Below, in pieces: positions 30,046 to 39,551 of a stretch of 64,000 nt of DNA. The notes beneath the pieces were generated by a model. That model had not been told where the DNA came from. It worked only from the letters and a program-made list of their open reading frames with translations, and ran no database searches. Made by a program: the position numbers and the translations under genes. Positions within the stretch are counted from its first letter, which is position 1, and every line of letters starts with the position of its first letter. Source of the DNA: an uncultured Acidobacteriota bacterium (lineage in GTDB: Bacteria > Acidobacteriota > Thermoanaerobaculia > Multivoradales > SZUA-115); assembly GCA_963805975.1 (NCBI GenBank), contig CAWDVR010000005.1, positions 416,001 through 480,000 on the forward strand, written 5' to 3'.

Positions 30046-30222
30046 GTCCAAGCGCTCCTGACGAATCTCGCGGGCCGGGAAGCCCTACGTCTGACGGCCG
30101 GCCGCGCGGCGGCGGCCGAGGGCCGGCAAGCTAGCACCCGTCTCCGGGGCTGTCAACGCCCGCCCGACCAGTAGCATGGAACGCGGCCTTTGAGGCAAGA
30201 TTCGCTGACCTTGCGAGCTCCT

Positions 30223-30993
30223 ATGCCGCCCGCCACCCGCAATCCCTGGATCGTGCCGCCCCACCGCGGGGCGGAGCGGGAGCGCTCGGTCGAGGCGCGC
30301 TGCCGGCTGTTCTGCTTTCCCTACGCCGGCGGCGCCTCCGCCATCTACCGCGGCTGGGGCGAGCTGCTGCCGGCCACGATCGAGGTCGTGGCGATCGAGC
30401 TTCCGGGCCGGGCGAGCCGCTTCCGCGAGCCTCCCTGCCGCCGGGTCGAGGACGTGGTGGCGGGCGCCGGGCCGGCGATGGCGCCGCTCCTCGACCGGCC
30501 GTTCGTTCTCTTCGGGCATTCGCTGGGAGCGCTCGTCGTCTTCGAGCTCGCGCGCTGGTTGCGCCGCGAAGGGATGCCGGCGCCGCGGCGGCTCATCGCT
30601 TCGGCGCGCGGCGCGCCCCACCTGCTGGACGAGAAGGAGCCGATGACCGGCTTGCCGGACGAGGACTTCGTCTCCCGCCTGCGCGAGCTCAACGGCACGC
30701 CGGAGGAGGCCCTCCAGCACCCGGAGCTGATGCGGATGCTGCTGCCGACCCTGCGCGCCGACTTCGAGATGGTCGAGTCCTACCGCGTCGCGCCCGAGGC
30801 GCCGCTCGCCCTGCCGCTCTCCGCCTGGGGCGGCCTCGCCGATCTCGAGGTGTCGCGCGAGGATCTCGAAGCCTGGCGCTCCTACACCAGCGGCCCGTTC
30901 GGCGTGCGGATGTTCCCCGGCGATCACTTCTACCTCAACCACCAGCGCTCGACGGTGCTCACCGCCATCGCGCAGGATTTGGAGCTGCCGTAG
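30223..30993 (+). CDS. Type II thioesterase (GrsT/RifR-like)
   Basis: RLFCFPYAGG, ELPGR, FGHSLG, LRADF, FPGDHFY; alternative TTG start at 30190. Confidence 0.92.
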   Translation: MPPATRNPWIVPPHRGAERERSVEARCRLFCFPYAGGASAIYRGWGELLPATIEVVAIELPGRASRFREPPCRRVEDVVAGAGPAMAPLLDRPFVLFGHSLGALVVFELARWLRREGMPAPRRLIASARGAPHLLDEKEPMTGLPDEDFVSRLRELNGTPEEALQHPELMRMLLPTLRADFEMVESYRVAPEAPLALPLSAWGGLADLEVSREDLEAWRSYTSGPFGVRMFPGDHFYLNHQRSTVLTAIAQDLELP

Positions 30994-31046
30994 GGGAATG
31001 TCGCATGTCCGGCAAGGCGTTCTGATTGCTTGAGGGTTGACGGGGA

Positions 31047-31075
31047 TTGCCTTGGAGGCGTGCTTCCTCTATCCT
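31047..31075 (+). promoter_or_regulatory. Sigma70-like promoter of the low-GC insert
   Basis: TTGCCT-N17-TATCCT, followed by RBS GAGGAGAGG and ATG at 31109. Confidence 0.5.
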
Positions 31076-31108
31076 CGTCCCCAACTTTTTGATGAGGAGA
31101 GGGGTGCC

Positions 31109-31351
31109 ATGAGAGCAAAGAAAGCCGGAGATCTAGGGGTGTCGGCTGATCGATCCGCGACCAAGCAGCACGGTGGAGAGGTCGCCGTTGCTTCGGCTGC
31201 TGCTGTGGCAGACCTTCGACTCGAGCACGAAAGCACGTTTTCCTACCGCACCTTCGGTGAGCAGCGGACGGCAAGTGGAATGTCCAGAAACGGCTTCTCT
31301 CGCGGCTTCGGCAACGTCCGTCAGCTTCTCCTCCCCCCTAGCGATTACTGA
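31109..31351 (+). CDS. 80-aa orphan protein
   Basis: Strong RBS before MRAKKAGDLG...LLLPPSDY*; no homology recognised. Confidence 0.5.
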   Translation: MRAKKAGDLGVSADRSATKQHGGEVAVASAAAVADLRLEHESTFSYRTFGEQRTASGMSRNGFSRGFGNVRQLLLPPSDY

Positions 31352-31429
31352 TCGAGCAGGAAGCTTGAGTCAGGCCGGTGAAGTCCGCCCGGCCCAGTGT
31401 AGGATCCCATTGCTGGCTTAAGTCTTGTC

Positions 31430-34189
31430 TTGATATCTCATAATCGAAGAGCCATATCTGTAGGCTTGCTTGGTTCCGGCGGAGTCCTGGTTCGGCTCAA
31501 GCTCAACCCTTCCCTCCTGTGGCCCAAGAAGTACAAAGATGTGGCAGCAGAAATCCGGAACCATCACTTCCTGCTGTGTGAAACCGCGACGGCAGTCGAC
31601 CGCTGGCGCAAAGAGACGCCCATAGGAGCTGAGCACGGCCAGCCGCTCGTGGCCCTCGGCCTCGGCTTCGGGTGGAGCGAGCTGCTGCTGGTCGCCGCCG
31701 CCGACTCGCCGGCCAAGCTGCTCGACTTGTCGGGTCGTCTTCGAAGTCTGAGTGGCACCTGCCGGGATAGTGCCGCGAAGGCTCATTTCTTCGTCACTAC
31801 AATCACCACCGTGGGGTTCGATTTTCACTGGCGAGAGAAGGGTGAGGAGATTTGGGAGCAGCTTTCCAGTCAAGGCAAGCGCCGGCCCATAACCGCCGCA
31901 AGCCTGCTCGACGCTACCGTGAACTACTCAACGCCAGTAGCCCCAGTGCCTCCCAAGGGTGCTATTCCGGTCTTTTTTCAGATCGGTTGCCACAGCTATC
32001 CTGGTCACGAAGAGCGGATTCTCGACCTCTTCGCCGATCTGGAGCAGGAGCTTTGCACAAGAGGTCTCCTCGCGAACGAGGAGGGAACAAGCCAACTTCC
32101 CTCGAGCCACTACGTGCTCGAGGTAGGCAAACGGGATCTGTGGTCTCCGCCGCTCTATCTCGACAAGGGCCTGACGCCTGAGCAGGCCGCCGTGCTTTTG
32201 TCACTGGTCCAGCGCTGGTTGCGGCACTCGGGCGAGTCGGGCACCGAGAGCGAGATCGTGCTCAGCACCTCGGACTTCTTCACGCGCTTTGGCTGCCCGG
32301 GGGATGCAGCAAGGCAGTTGTCGATGCAGCCGATCCCTGACACCCATGTGCCTGGATCGCCGCGCACGGGCCTGGCGCCCAAGAAGCTCGAGGAGCTGCT
32401 AGGCGACCCCAGCACGGTTGAAAGGATCCGCGCCGCTCTTGCCCAGTTGCAGGTTCCCTACTCGAGGTCCGAGCAAATCCTCAATCTGATCAACACATTC
32501 TTCTGGGCCTACGATCGCGAAGTGATCTGGGATGAGAGCACCGAGCTGACCCCGATCGTCTTCGCCTTGGCGAGCTTCCTCGAGCATCGCGCAAGCTGGT
32601 GGAAGGCAACTTCCGAGCGCGGTCTGCCGCAGCCCTGGAGCCTTTTCGTCGCGGGAGAGCTATCCTCCCCGCAGGAACGTTTCGAACACGGGGTCCAACG
32701 CGAGCTGCACTTCCTTCACGACCGGAACATCCCCGAGATTTTGCAGAGCTTCCGCGCGTACTTCCACAACCGCTACCTCTCCAGCTATCTCATGCAAGAG
32801 ATGCCGGACACCAACCTCCGTTACCGTGGGTCACAGCAACAGCTCTTGAGCGTTGTCAATCTGATCGTCAATGCCTGCGCCGATATCGCGCTGGGTGCCC
32901 GTGCATCACTGGCGGTGATCGGCGACGCGTCGTCGCCGGAGGTCTTGTCGGCATGTGACGTGCTGGTCGTGCGCCTTAACATCGGCTCCTTGGCGAGCCC
33001 CCTGATCCTGGAGTCGATCGGCCACGAGGTGGGTCACCTTTTCCTCGTCGAGCTGTTTCGCATCGCCGCCGATCGGGCCGGCCAGCATGCCTGGGCGAGA
33101 CTGACGGACACGGGCTCCGAGCGGGCCAAGGCGACGACCGAGCTGCTGGATCTGGCCCGCGATATCAACGAGGAGGTCTTCTTCGGCGACCTCCATCCCC
33201 AGGTGACTGAATCCATGGCCGAGCGCTTCATCGAGTCGACTGCCGACTTCCTGGAGCTGAAGCTGATCGGCTACTCTGGTTGGCAGGAGTGGGTGCGCAG
33301 TCACTGGCTGCGCACGGTGGTCGCGGGACTGCCCGTGAATCCCTCGGTCGATCCACGAAAGCCCGCGGTTGTGCCCTACCTCGACGAAGATCTGGTAATG
33401 AGCGTGCTCGTGCGGCAAGCCTCGGTGGTGGTGGCCGACTACCTGGCAGGAATCCCAGCGGCTGAGGATCTGGTTCCGCCCGGCCGCGATCCGGTACTCT
33501 GGCAGCGCTTGGAGGAGTTTCGCCTCTATCTGCGGGAAAATGCCACGTTTGGGCCCTCGGAACGGGTGGTACAACCCCTCAGGAGTGAAGCGGCGTGGAA
33601 AGAGGTTGTCGAAAGGGAGATCTTCCATCATTGTCGCTGGTTGGCCACCAGCGCGGCGATCGCAAAGTCGTGGCACTTCTTCCGAGCCCTCGCTACCCAT
33701 GTGTCGTGGGAGCCCAAAGAGGACGAGCCGCGGCGCTCCGGCCATCTCATCTCGACGGTGCGCCAAGCGTTCGCGGGTTTCCGAGAAGAGTTCCTCGATG
33801 ACCTGCTCCCGGCTCTCTACGTCCGCCATTGGATGAATGCGGAGCAGCGGCAGAAGGCCCGTGATCATGAGCCGGAGTTCAGTGCCAGACCTCCCGGGCA
33901 CGAAGACTACGACAAGGTGCCGTGGAGGGTCACGCCGCAGCCGCAGACTTACAAAGAGCAACTCAATGAGATCCGTAAAACCGGAGTCGGTGGATCGCTG
34001 TCTCCGTATAAGACACTGATCTTCCAGCGCGGAGCGATCCTGGCCTGCGAGGGCAAAACAACAGAGCGGTGGACGAAGGCGGCGGTTGGCTTTTACCTCA
34101 AGCTCATCCCGCTGATCCCGGCGTGGAGAAGCCTGCTGTTGGAGCAGGTCGTACGCATCGAGGGAGGCGAACGCCCAGCAGGGCGGTGA
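31430..34189 (+). CDS. Large unknown protein with zincin-like HEXXH (HEVGH) and downstream ExxAD motif
   Basis: 919-aa ORF with normal globular composition in lower-GC DNA; ESIGHEVGHLF and IESTADF; start codon uncertain. Confidence 0.75.
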   Translation: MISHNRRAISVGLLGSGGVLVRLKLNPSLLWPKKYKDVAAEIRNHHFLLCETATAVDRWRKETPIGAEHGQPLVALGLGFGWSELLLVAAADSPAKLLDLSGRLRSLSGTCRDSAAKAHFFVTTITTVGFDFHWREKGEEIWEQLSSQGKRRPITAASLLDATVNYSTPVAPVPPKGAIPVFFQIGCHSYPGHEERILDLFADLEQELCTRGLLANEEGTSQLPSSHYVLEVGKRDLWSPPLYLDKGLTPEQAAVLLSLVQRWLRHSGESGTESEIVLSTSDFFTRFGCPGDAARQLSMQPIPDTHVPGSPRTGLAPKKLEELLGDPSTVERIRAALAQLQVPYSRSEQILNLINTFFWAYDREVIWDESTELTPIVFALASFLEHRASWWKATSERGLPQPWSLFVAGELSSPQERFEHGVQRELHFLHDRNIPEILQSFRAYFHNRYLSSYLMQEMPDTNLRYRGSQQQLLSVVNLIVNACADIALGARASLAVIGDASSPEVLSACDVLVVRLNIGSLASPLILESIGHEVGHLFLVELFRIAADRAGQHAWARLTDTGSERAKATTELLDLARDINEEVFFGDLHPQVTESMAERFIESTADFLELKLIGYSGWQEWVRSHWLRTVVAGLPVNPSVDPRKPAVVPYLDEDLVMSVLVRQASVVVADYLAGIPAAEDLVPPGRDPVLWQRLEEFRLYLRENATFGPSERVVQPLRSEAAWKEVVEREIFHHCRWLATSAAIAKSWHFFRALATHVSWEPKEDEPRRSGHLISTVRQAFAGFREEFLDDLLPALYVRHWMNAEQRQKARDHEPEFSARPPGHEDYDKVPWRVTPQPQTYKEQLNEIRKTGVGGSLSPYKTLIFQRGAILACEGKTTERWTKAAVGFYLKLIPLIPAWRSLLLEQVVRIEGGERPAGR

Positions 34190-34195
34190 TCCGGG

Positions 34196-34516
34196 ATGCG
34201 CCGGCAAGAAAAACTCTCGTCGCGTTACGCCGCGGCCATCGATCTGCTCTGCTCGGCGGTCGAAAAGGGACGATTCTGTTTAGTGCTCGGCTCCGGGGCG
34301 AGTCAGAAAGCCGGTGCACCCTCCTGGCAGGGATTGGTTTCGGCTCTCGCCGAGGAACAGAGGATCTTCGCCGGGACGCGCGGCACCCAAGCCGTACGCG
34401 ATGAGATCTTGGCCGCCGGCCAAGACCTGCCCTGGTTGATCGAGTCCTTGCTCCCCGAGCCGCGAGACGGGATGGATCTCGGACGCCTGATCTATCGTGG
34501 CGCCTGTGAGAGCTAG
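34196..34516 (+). pseudogene. Truncated SIR2-family (SIR2_2-like) protein, N-terminus only
   Basis: FCLVLGSGASQKAGAPSWQGLV matches the SIR2 GxGxS..G.P.W motif; stops at 106 aa before the TxNYD and HG motifs, and sequence then returns to host-like GC. Confidence 0.7.
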
Positions 34517-34583
34517 GCGAGGGGGCCGGCGACGGGCTCTGAGCCGCGTGCTAGCATCCGCGGGCCCTGCTTGCGTGCCGTCC

Positions 34584-34599
34584 TGGCATGGGCCGTGCT
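34584..34599 (+). promoter_or_regulatory. Possible sigma54 promoter upstream of lolA
   Basis: TGGCAT-GGGCC-GTGCT (GG-N10-GC). Confidence 0.45.
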
Positions 34600-34630
34600 C
34601 TCTGCCTTGGCCATGAAGATTGCCCCTGCC

Positions 34631-35365
34631 ATGCGAAGCCTCTACCCGAAACCCATGCCGGTCCTCGTCGCGGCCCTGCTCCTCGGTCTTTCCACACCGG
34701 CAGCATTTGCCGCGGCCCCGCCCCCCGACCCTCGCGACCCCAGCCTCTCCTCTACCGCGCGCCTCGACGCCCTGGTCGAGCGCATCAAGCTCGAGCAGAG
34801 CAAGATGCGGACGCTCGAAGCTCGCTTCGTGCAAAAGCAGGCCAGCGAGTTCCTGGTCGCACCCGAGGAGTCGCGCGGCGTCTTCTCCTATGCCGCGCCG
34901 GACCGCGTGCGCTGGGAGTACGAGAGCCCGAAGCCGATCAGCATGCTGATCGACGGCAAGAAGATGACCACCTGGTACCGCGACCTGGCGCGGGCCGACG
35001 AGATGCGGATCGGCCGTTACTCCGAGCGGGTGCTCAAGTACCTGGGAGCTACCGGCTCCCTCGACACGCTGCTCGAGTACTTCGACGTGCGAGCCGCCTT
35101 CCCCGGCGACGCCAAGGCCCCGTATCGCCTCGAGATGACACCCCGTTTCGCCCGCGTCGCCAAGCGGCTCAAGTCGCTCACCCTGTGGATCGATCCGGTG
35201 CTCTACGTCCCCACCCACTTGAAGTACGTGGCGGGAGACGGCGCGGTGACCGAGTACCTGTTCGAGAACGTCCACGTCAACGGCGACCTGCCCGCGGACC
35301 GTTTCAACCTCGATCTGCCGCCGGGCGTCGAGGTGCGGGTGGTCGACCTCGACCGCGCGTCGTAG
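34631..35365 (+). CDS. lolA: Outer membrane lipoprotein carrier protein LolA family
   Basis: Signal peptide; TLEARFVQ, PDRVRWEY..P, IDGKKMTTW, YLFENVHVN..LPADRF; start at 34631 or 34655. Confidence 0.8.
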   Translation: MRSLYPKPMPVLVAALLLGLSTPAAFAAAPPPDPRDPSLSSTARLDALVERIKLEQSKMRTLEARFVQKQASEFLVAPEESRGVFSYAAPDRVRWEYESPKPISMLIDGKKMTTWYRDLARADEMRIGRYSERVLKYLGATGSLDTLLEYFDVRAAFPGDAKAPYRLEMTPRFARVAKRLKSLTLWIDPVLYVPTHLKYVAGDGAVTEYLFENVHVNGDLPADRFNLDLPPGVEVRVVDLDRAS

Positions 35366-35386
35366 CCGCCGCCCGGCCGCTGACTC

Positions 35387-36502
35387 GTGGCCCTTCGTTT
35401 CCAGATCCTCAAGCAGCACGGGCCGGCCCGCGCCGGCCGGCTCGAGACCCCGCACGGCCCGGTCGAGACCCCGGCATTCATGCCCGTGGGCACGCTCGGG
35501 GCCGTCAAGGGGATCTCGCCCGACACCTTGGAGCAGGCGGGCGCCTCGATCCTCCTCGCCAACCTATACCACCTGTCGCTGCGTCCCGGCATCGATCGGA
35601 TCGAGGGGCTGGGCGGGCTGCACGCCTTCGTGGGCTGGCAGCGGCCGATCCTGACCGACAGCGGCGGTTTCCAGGTGTGGAGCCTCACCGGCCTGCGCAA
35701 GGTGGACGACGGCGGCGTCACCTTCCGCAGCCACCTCGACGGGAGCGCGCTGCGCTTCACGCCCGAGAGCGTGGTCGACTCCCAGCGCCGCCTGGGTGTG
35801 GACGTCGCCATGGCGCTCGACGAGTGCCCGCCTTTTCCGGTGACGCCCGAGGAGGCCGCCGCCTCCTGGAGCCGCACGCTCGCCTGGGCGCGGCGGGCAC
35901 GCGAGGCCTGGCGAGGCGGCCCCGGAGGTCTCTTCGGCATCGTCCAGGGCAGCGTCTACCGCGACCTTCGCGAGCGCGCCGCCCGGGAGCTTGCCGAGCT
36001 CGACTTCGACGGCTACGCGATCGGCGGCGTCTCGGTGGGGGAGGATGCGGCCGACCGCTACCGCGCCGTCGAATGGACGGCACCGCTCCTGCCGGCGTCC
36101 CGGCCGCGTTACCTGATGGGGGTGGGCTACCCGGAGGACATCCTCCACGCCGTACGCCAGGGTGTCGACCTCTTCGATTGCGTGCTGCCGGCGAGGAACG
36201 CCCGCCACGGCGTGCTCTTCACCCGCGAGGGGCTCCTCAAGATCAAGAACGCCCGCTACGCCGCCGACCCCGCGCCCCCGGACCCGGCCTGCGGCTGCCC
36301 GGTCTGCCGGCGCGTCTCCCGCGCCTTCCTCCATCACCTGGTGCGCTGCGGCGAGCTCACCGGGGCGGTCCTCGCCACGGTCCACAACCTCCACCATTAC
36401 CTTGACTTCATGGCGGATCTCAGGCAGGCTATTTGGTCTGAAACGCTGAGCGAGCAGGCGGCTCCGTTCGCCGCGCGCGGCAGTGGCGAGCCCGGTCACT
36501 GA
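35387..36502 (+). CDS. tgt: tRNA-guanine transglycosylase
   Basis: TPAFMPVGT, ILTDSGGFQ, GIVQG, RPRYLMGVG, FDCVLP, CGCPVC..H Zn site. Confidence 0.97.
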   Translation: MALRFQILKQHGPARAGRLETPHGPVETPAFMPVGTLGAVKGISPDTLEQAGASILLANLYHLSLRPGIDRIEGLGGLHAFVGWQRPILTDSGGFQVWSLTGLRKVDDGGVTFRSHLDGSALRFTPESVVDSQRRLGVDVAMALDECPPFPVTPEEAAASWSRTLAWARRAREAWRGGPGGLFGIVQGSVYRDLRERAARELAELDFDGYAIGGVSVGEDAADRYRAVEWTAPLLPASRPRYLMGVGYPEDILHAVRQGVDLFDCVLPARNARHGVLFTREGLLKIKNARYAADPAPPDPACGCPVCRRVSRAFLHHLVRCGELTGAVLATVHNLHHYLDFMADLRQAIWSETLSEQAAPFAARGSGEPGH

Positions 36503-36620
36503 AGATCCCCTGACGACAAGGATCTGCTCCTGCAAGGACCGTCGGCGAGACCGTGTCCTCGACCGCGAACGCTCGCCCGCGCCGCCCGGCTGACGATTTT
36601 CGTCGAACCTCGCAAGGAGC

Positions 36621-36974
36621 ATGCACGTGATAGACCCTTCCGCGATCTTTCGCGCCCTGGTCTCGGTGGTGGCACAAGCGCCGCCGTCGACGACCGAGTT
36701 CCTGGTCTCCCTCGCCCCGATCCTGGTCATTTTCGCCATCTTCTACTTCCTGCTGCTGCGGCCGGCGCGCAAGCGCCAGCAGGATCTGCAGCGCGTGGTC
36801 GAAGGCCTGAAGAAGGGCGACAGGGTGATCACCAACGGCGGCCTCTACGGCGAGGTGGCGAGCGTCGACGGCGCGGTGCTGCTGCTGAAGATCGCGGACA
36901 ACGTCAAGGTGCGAGTGGCCAAGGCCGCGGTCTCGGCCCTCGAGGCGAGCGCAGAGAAAGGCAGTGAATCATGA
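36621..36974 (+). CDS. yajC: Preprotein translocase subunit YajC
   Basis: FYFLLLRP, LKKGDRVITNGGLYG; tgt-yajC-secD synteny. Confidence 0.95.
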   Translation: MHVIDPSAIFRALVSVVAQAPPSTTEFLVSLAPILVIFAIFYFLLLRPARKRQQDLQRVVEGLKKGDRVITNGGLYGEVASVDGAVLLLKIADNVKVRVAKAAVSALEASAEKGSES

Positions 36975-39508
36975 ACAGAAGTCTCCTCTGGCGTGGGCTG
37001 CTGATCGCGGCCGTCACCGCCCTGGCGCTTCTCTACTCCGTCCCGCCGAAAGAAAAGATCAAGCGCGGCCTCGACCTCCAGGGCGGCATGCACCTCGTGC
37101 TGCAGGTGAAGTCGGACGATGCCGTGCGCGCCGAGACCGAGAAGGACATGGAGCTGCTGCGCCGTGAGGCGGCGGGCAAGAACCTGGCCGGGACCGCGGT
37201 GCGCCGGGTCGGCGACACGATCTTCGAGGCCACCGGTGTGCCGTCCGACCGCGACTCGGTGATCGATGAGATCTACCAGGACTTCTTCGCCACCGGACCG
37301 GGCAACAGCCCGCGCTGGGACAAGAGTCGGCAGGGCGACAAGCTGGTCTTCACCATGACCGACGCCAACCGCGCCGACATCCGCAACCAGGCGGTCGAGC
37401 AGGCGCTGCAGACGATCAACAACCGGGTCGACGCCTTCGGCGTTGCCGAGCACCAGATCGCCCGCCAGCCGGGCTCCGATCGCATCATCGTCCAGCTCCC
37501 GGGCGTCGAAGATCCCGACCGGGTCAAGGATCTGATCAAGAACACCGCGTTCCTGGAGTTCCGCCTGGTCGATGCGACGGGCGGCGGCAACCCGGCCCCG
37601 AGCCGCGAGGCGATGCTCTCCGTCTTCGGCGGCAACCTGCCCGAGAGTGTCGAGATCCTCCCCGAGGTGCGGTACGACAGCCAGGGCCGGGAGGCCGGTG
37701 AGGTGTTCTGGGCGCTCGAGAAGCGGCAAGTGATCACCGGCCGCGACCTGCGCACGGCGCGTGTGGGGGGCGACGAGTTCCAGCGCCCGGCGGTGCACTT
37801 CGAGCTCTCGGCCGACGGCGCCCGCATCTTCGGCAAGGTCACCAGCGAGAGCATCGGCCGCAAGCTCGCCGTGGTCCTCGACGGCAAGGTGCAGAGCGCG
37901 GCGACGATCCAGAGCCGCATCACCGACCGCGGCCAGATCACCGGCATCGCGAGCCAGGAAGAGGTGCAGGACCTGGTCCTCACCCTGCGCTCGGGCGCTC
38001 TGCCGGCCGGCATCGAGTACCTGGAGGAGCGCACCGTGGGTGCTTCGCTGGGCGCCGACTCCGTCCGCCGCGGCATCCAGGCGGGCCTGGTGGCGACGGC
38101 GCTCACCATCCTCGCGATGTTCATCGTCTATTCACTGACCGGCTTCAATGCCGTGGCGGCCCTGGCGCTCAACGTGGTTCTGCTCTTCGGCGCGCTCGGC
38201 CTCTTCGGTGCCACCGTCACCCTGCCGGGCATCGCCGGCATCGTGCTCACCATCGGCATGGCCTTCGACGCCAACGTGCTGGTCTTCGAGCGCATCCGCG
38301 AGGAGCTCAAGGCCGGCCGCTCCGTGCGCTCGGCGATCGACGCCGGCTTCGGCAAGGCCATGTCCTCGATCGTCGACTCGAACATCACCACCTTGATCGC
38401 CGCGCTCTTCCTCTTCCAGTTCGGCACCGGGCCGGTGCGCGGCTTCGCGGTGACGCTGTCGGTCGGTATCCTGGCCACCCTCTTCGCCGGCGTGTTCTTC
38501 AGCCGCTGGCTCTTCGACGCGCTGGCCGAGCGGCGCACGAAGAGCGACGGCAAGATGTCGATCTGGGGCCTGAGCTTCCCGCAGACGAGCTTCGACTTCA
38601 TGCGCTACCGCAAGGTGTGGGTCGGGATCTCCTTCGCGGTCATCGCCATCGGCATGGTCGCCGCCTTCGGCGCCGGCAAGCTCAACTTCGGCATCGACTT
38701 CACCGGCGGCACGCAGCTCACGATGCGCTTCCCGAGCCCGCCGCCGGTGGACGAGATCCGCGCCACCCTCAGCGCGGCCGGTTTCGAAAAAACCCAGATC
38801 CAGAGCATCGGCAGCGCGGCGGAGAACGAGATCCTGATCCGCACCCCCACCCGCCCCGGCAGCGAGGAGGGGAGCGCCAAGGAGCTGGTGACGGCCTTGA
38901 AGGCCAAGTACCCGGACTTCGAGGTGCGCTCGACCGAGAACGTGGGCCCGCAGGTGGGGGCCGAGCTGCGCAAGAAGGGGCTCCTGGCCGTCATCGCCTC
39001 GATGCTCGGCATGCTGGTCTACATCTGGTTCCGCTTCGAGTTGCGCTTCGGCATCGGCGCTCTGATGGCCGTGGTCCACGACGTGCTGGTGACCCTGGGC
39101 CTCTTCGCCATCTTCGGCTTCGAGTTCAACCTGACGACGGTCGCCGCCTTCCTGACCCTGGTCGGCTACTCGGTCAACGACACGGTGGTGGTCTTCGACC
39201 GCGTACGCGAGAACATGCGGCGCTCGCGCCGGGCGCCGCTGGTCGAGATCATGAACCTGAGCCTCAACCAGACGCTGTCCCGGACGCTGCTCACCGGTGG
39301 CACCACCTTGACCGCCTGCCTGGCCCTGATGATCCTGGGTGGGGAGGTGCTGAGCGGCTTCGCCTTCATCCTGTTCGTGGGCGTGATCGTCGGTACGTAC
39401 TCGTCGATCTACATCGCGAGCCCGTTCGCGCTGCTGTGGGAGAAGTACTTCGGCCGCGAGGCCCGCGCCATCCGCGTCGAGGAAGCGGCCGCGGCCAAGA
39501 GAGCGTAG
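36971..39508 (+). CDS. secDF: Fused protein translocase subunit SecDF
   Basis: GLDLQGG, LRSGALP, DANVLVFERIREE (SecD); GIDFTGGT, GYSVNDTVVVFDRVRE (SecF). Confidence 0.96.
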   Translation: MNRSLLWRGLLIAAVTALALLYSVPPKEKIKRGLDLQGGMHLVLQVKSDDAVRAETEKDMELLRREAAGKNLAGTAVRRVGDTIFEATGVPSDRDSVIDEIYQDFFATGPGNSPRWDKSRQGDKLVFTMTDANRADIRNQAVEQALQTINNRVDAFGVAEHQIARQPGSDRIIVQLPGVEDPDRVKDLIKNTAFLEFRLVDATGGGNPAPSREAMLSVFGGNLPESVEILPEVRYDSQGREAGEVFWALEKRQVITGRDLRTARVGGDEFQRPAVHFELSADGARIFGKVTSESIGRKLAVVLDGKVQSAATIQSRITDRGQITGIASQEEVQDLVLTLRSGALPAGIEYLEERTVGASLGADSVRRGIQAGLVATALTILAMFIVYSLTGFNAVAALALNVVLLFGALGLFGATVTLPGIAGIVLTIGMAFDANVLVFERIREELKAGRSVRSAIDAGFGKAMSSIVDSNITTLIAALFLFQFGTGPVRGFAVTLSVGILATLFAGVFFSRWLFDALAERRTKSDGKMSIWGLSFPQTSFDFMRYRKVWVGISFAVIAIGMVAAFGAGKLNFGIDFTGGTQLTMRFPSPPPVDEIRATLSAAGFEKTQIQSIGSAAENEILIRTPTRPGSEEGSAKELVTALKAKYPDFEVRSTENVGPQVGAELRKKGLLAVIASMLGMLVYIWFRFELRFGIGALMAVVHDVLVTLGLFAIFGFEFNLTTVAAFLTLVGYSVNDTVVVFDRVRENMRRSRRAPLVEIMNLSLNQTLSRTLLTGGTTLTACLALMILGGEVLSGFAFILFVGVIVGTYSSIYIASPFALLWEKYFGREARAIRVEEAAAAKRA

Positions 39509-39551
39509 CCTGCCAGTGGGGCGCGGGCGGCCCGTGCCGCGCCCCACTCTC

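Larger units (their letters stand above)
30994..34516. other. Lower-GC horizontally acquired insert
   Basis: Many A/T-ending codons compared with the flanks; unrelated to neighbouring genes; no integrase, tRNA or clear att repeats seen. Confidence 0.65.

Noticed and set aside
30980-34530. att sites or tRNA target flanking the low-GC insert
   Set aside because: No convincing direct repeat, tRNA or integrase found by eye.
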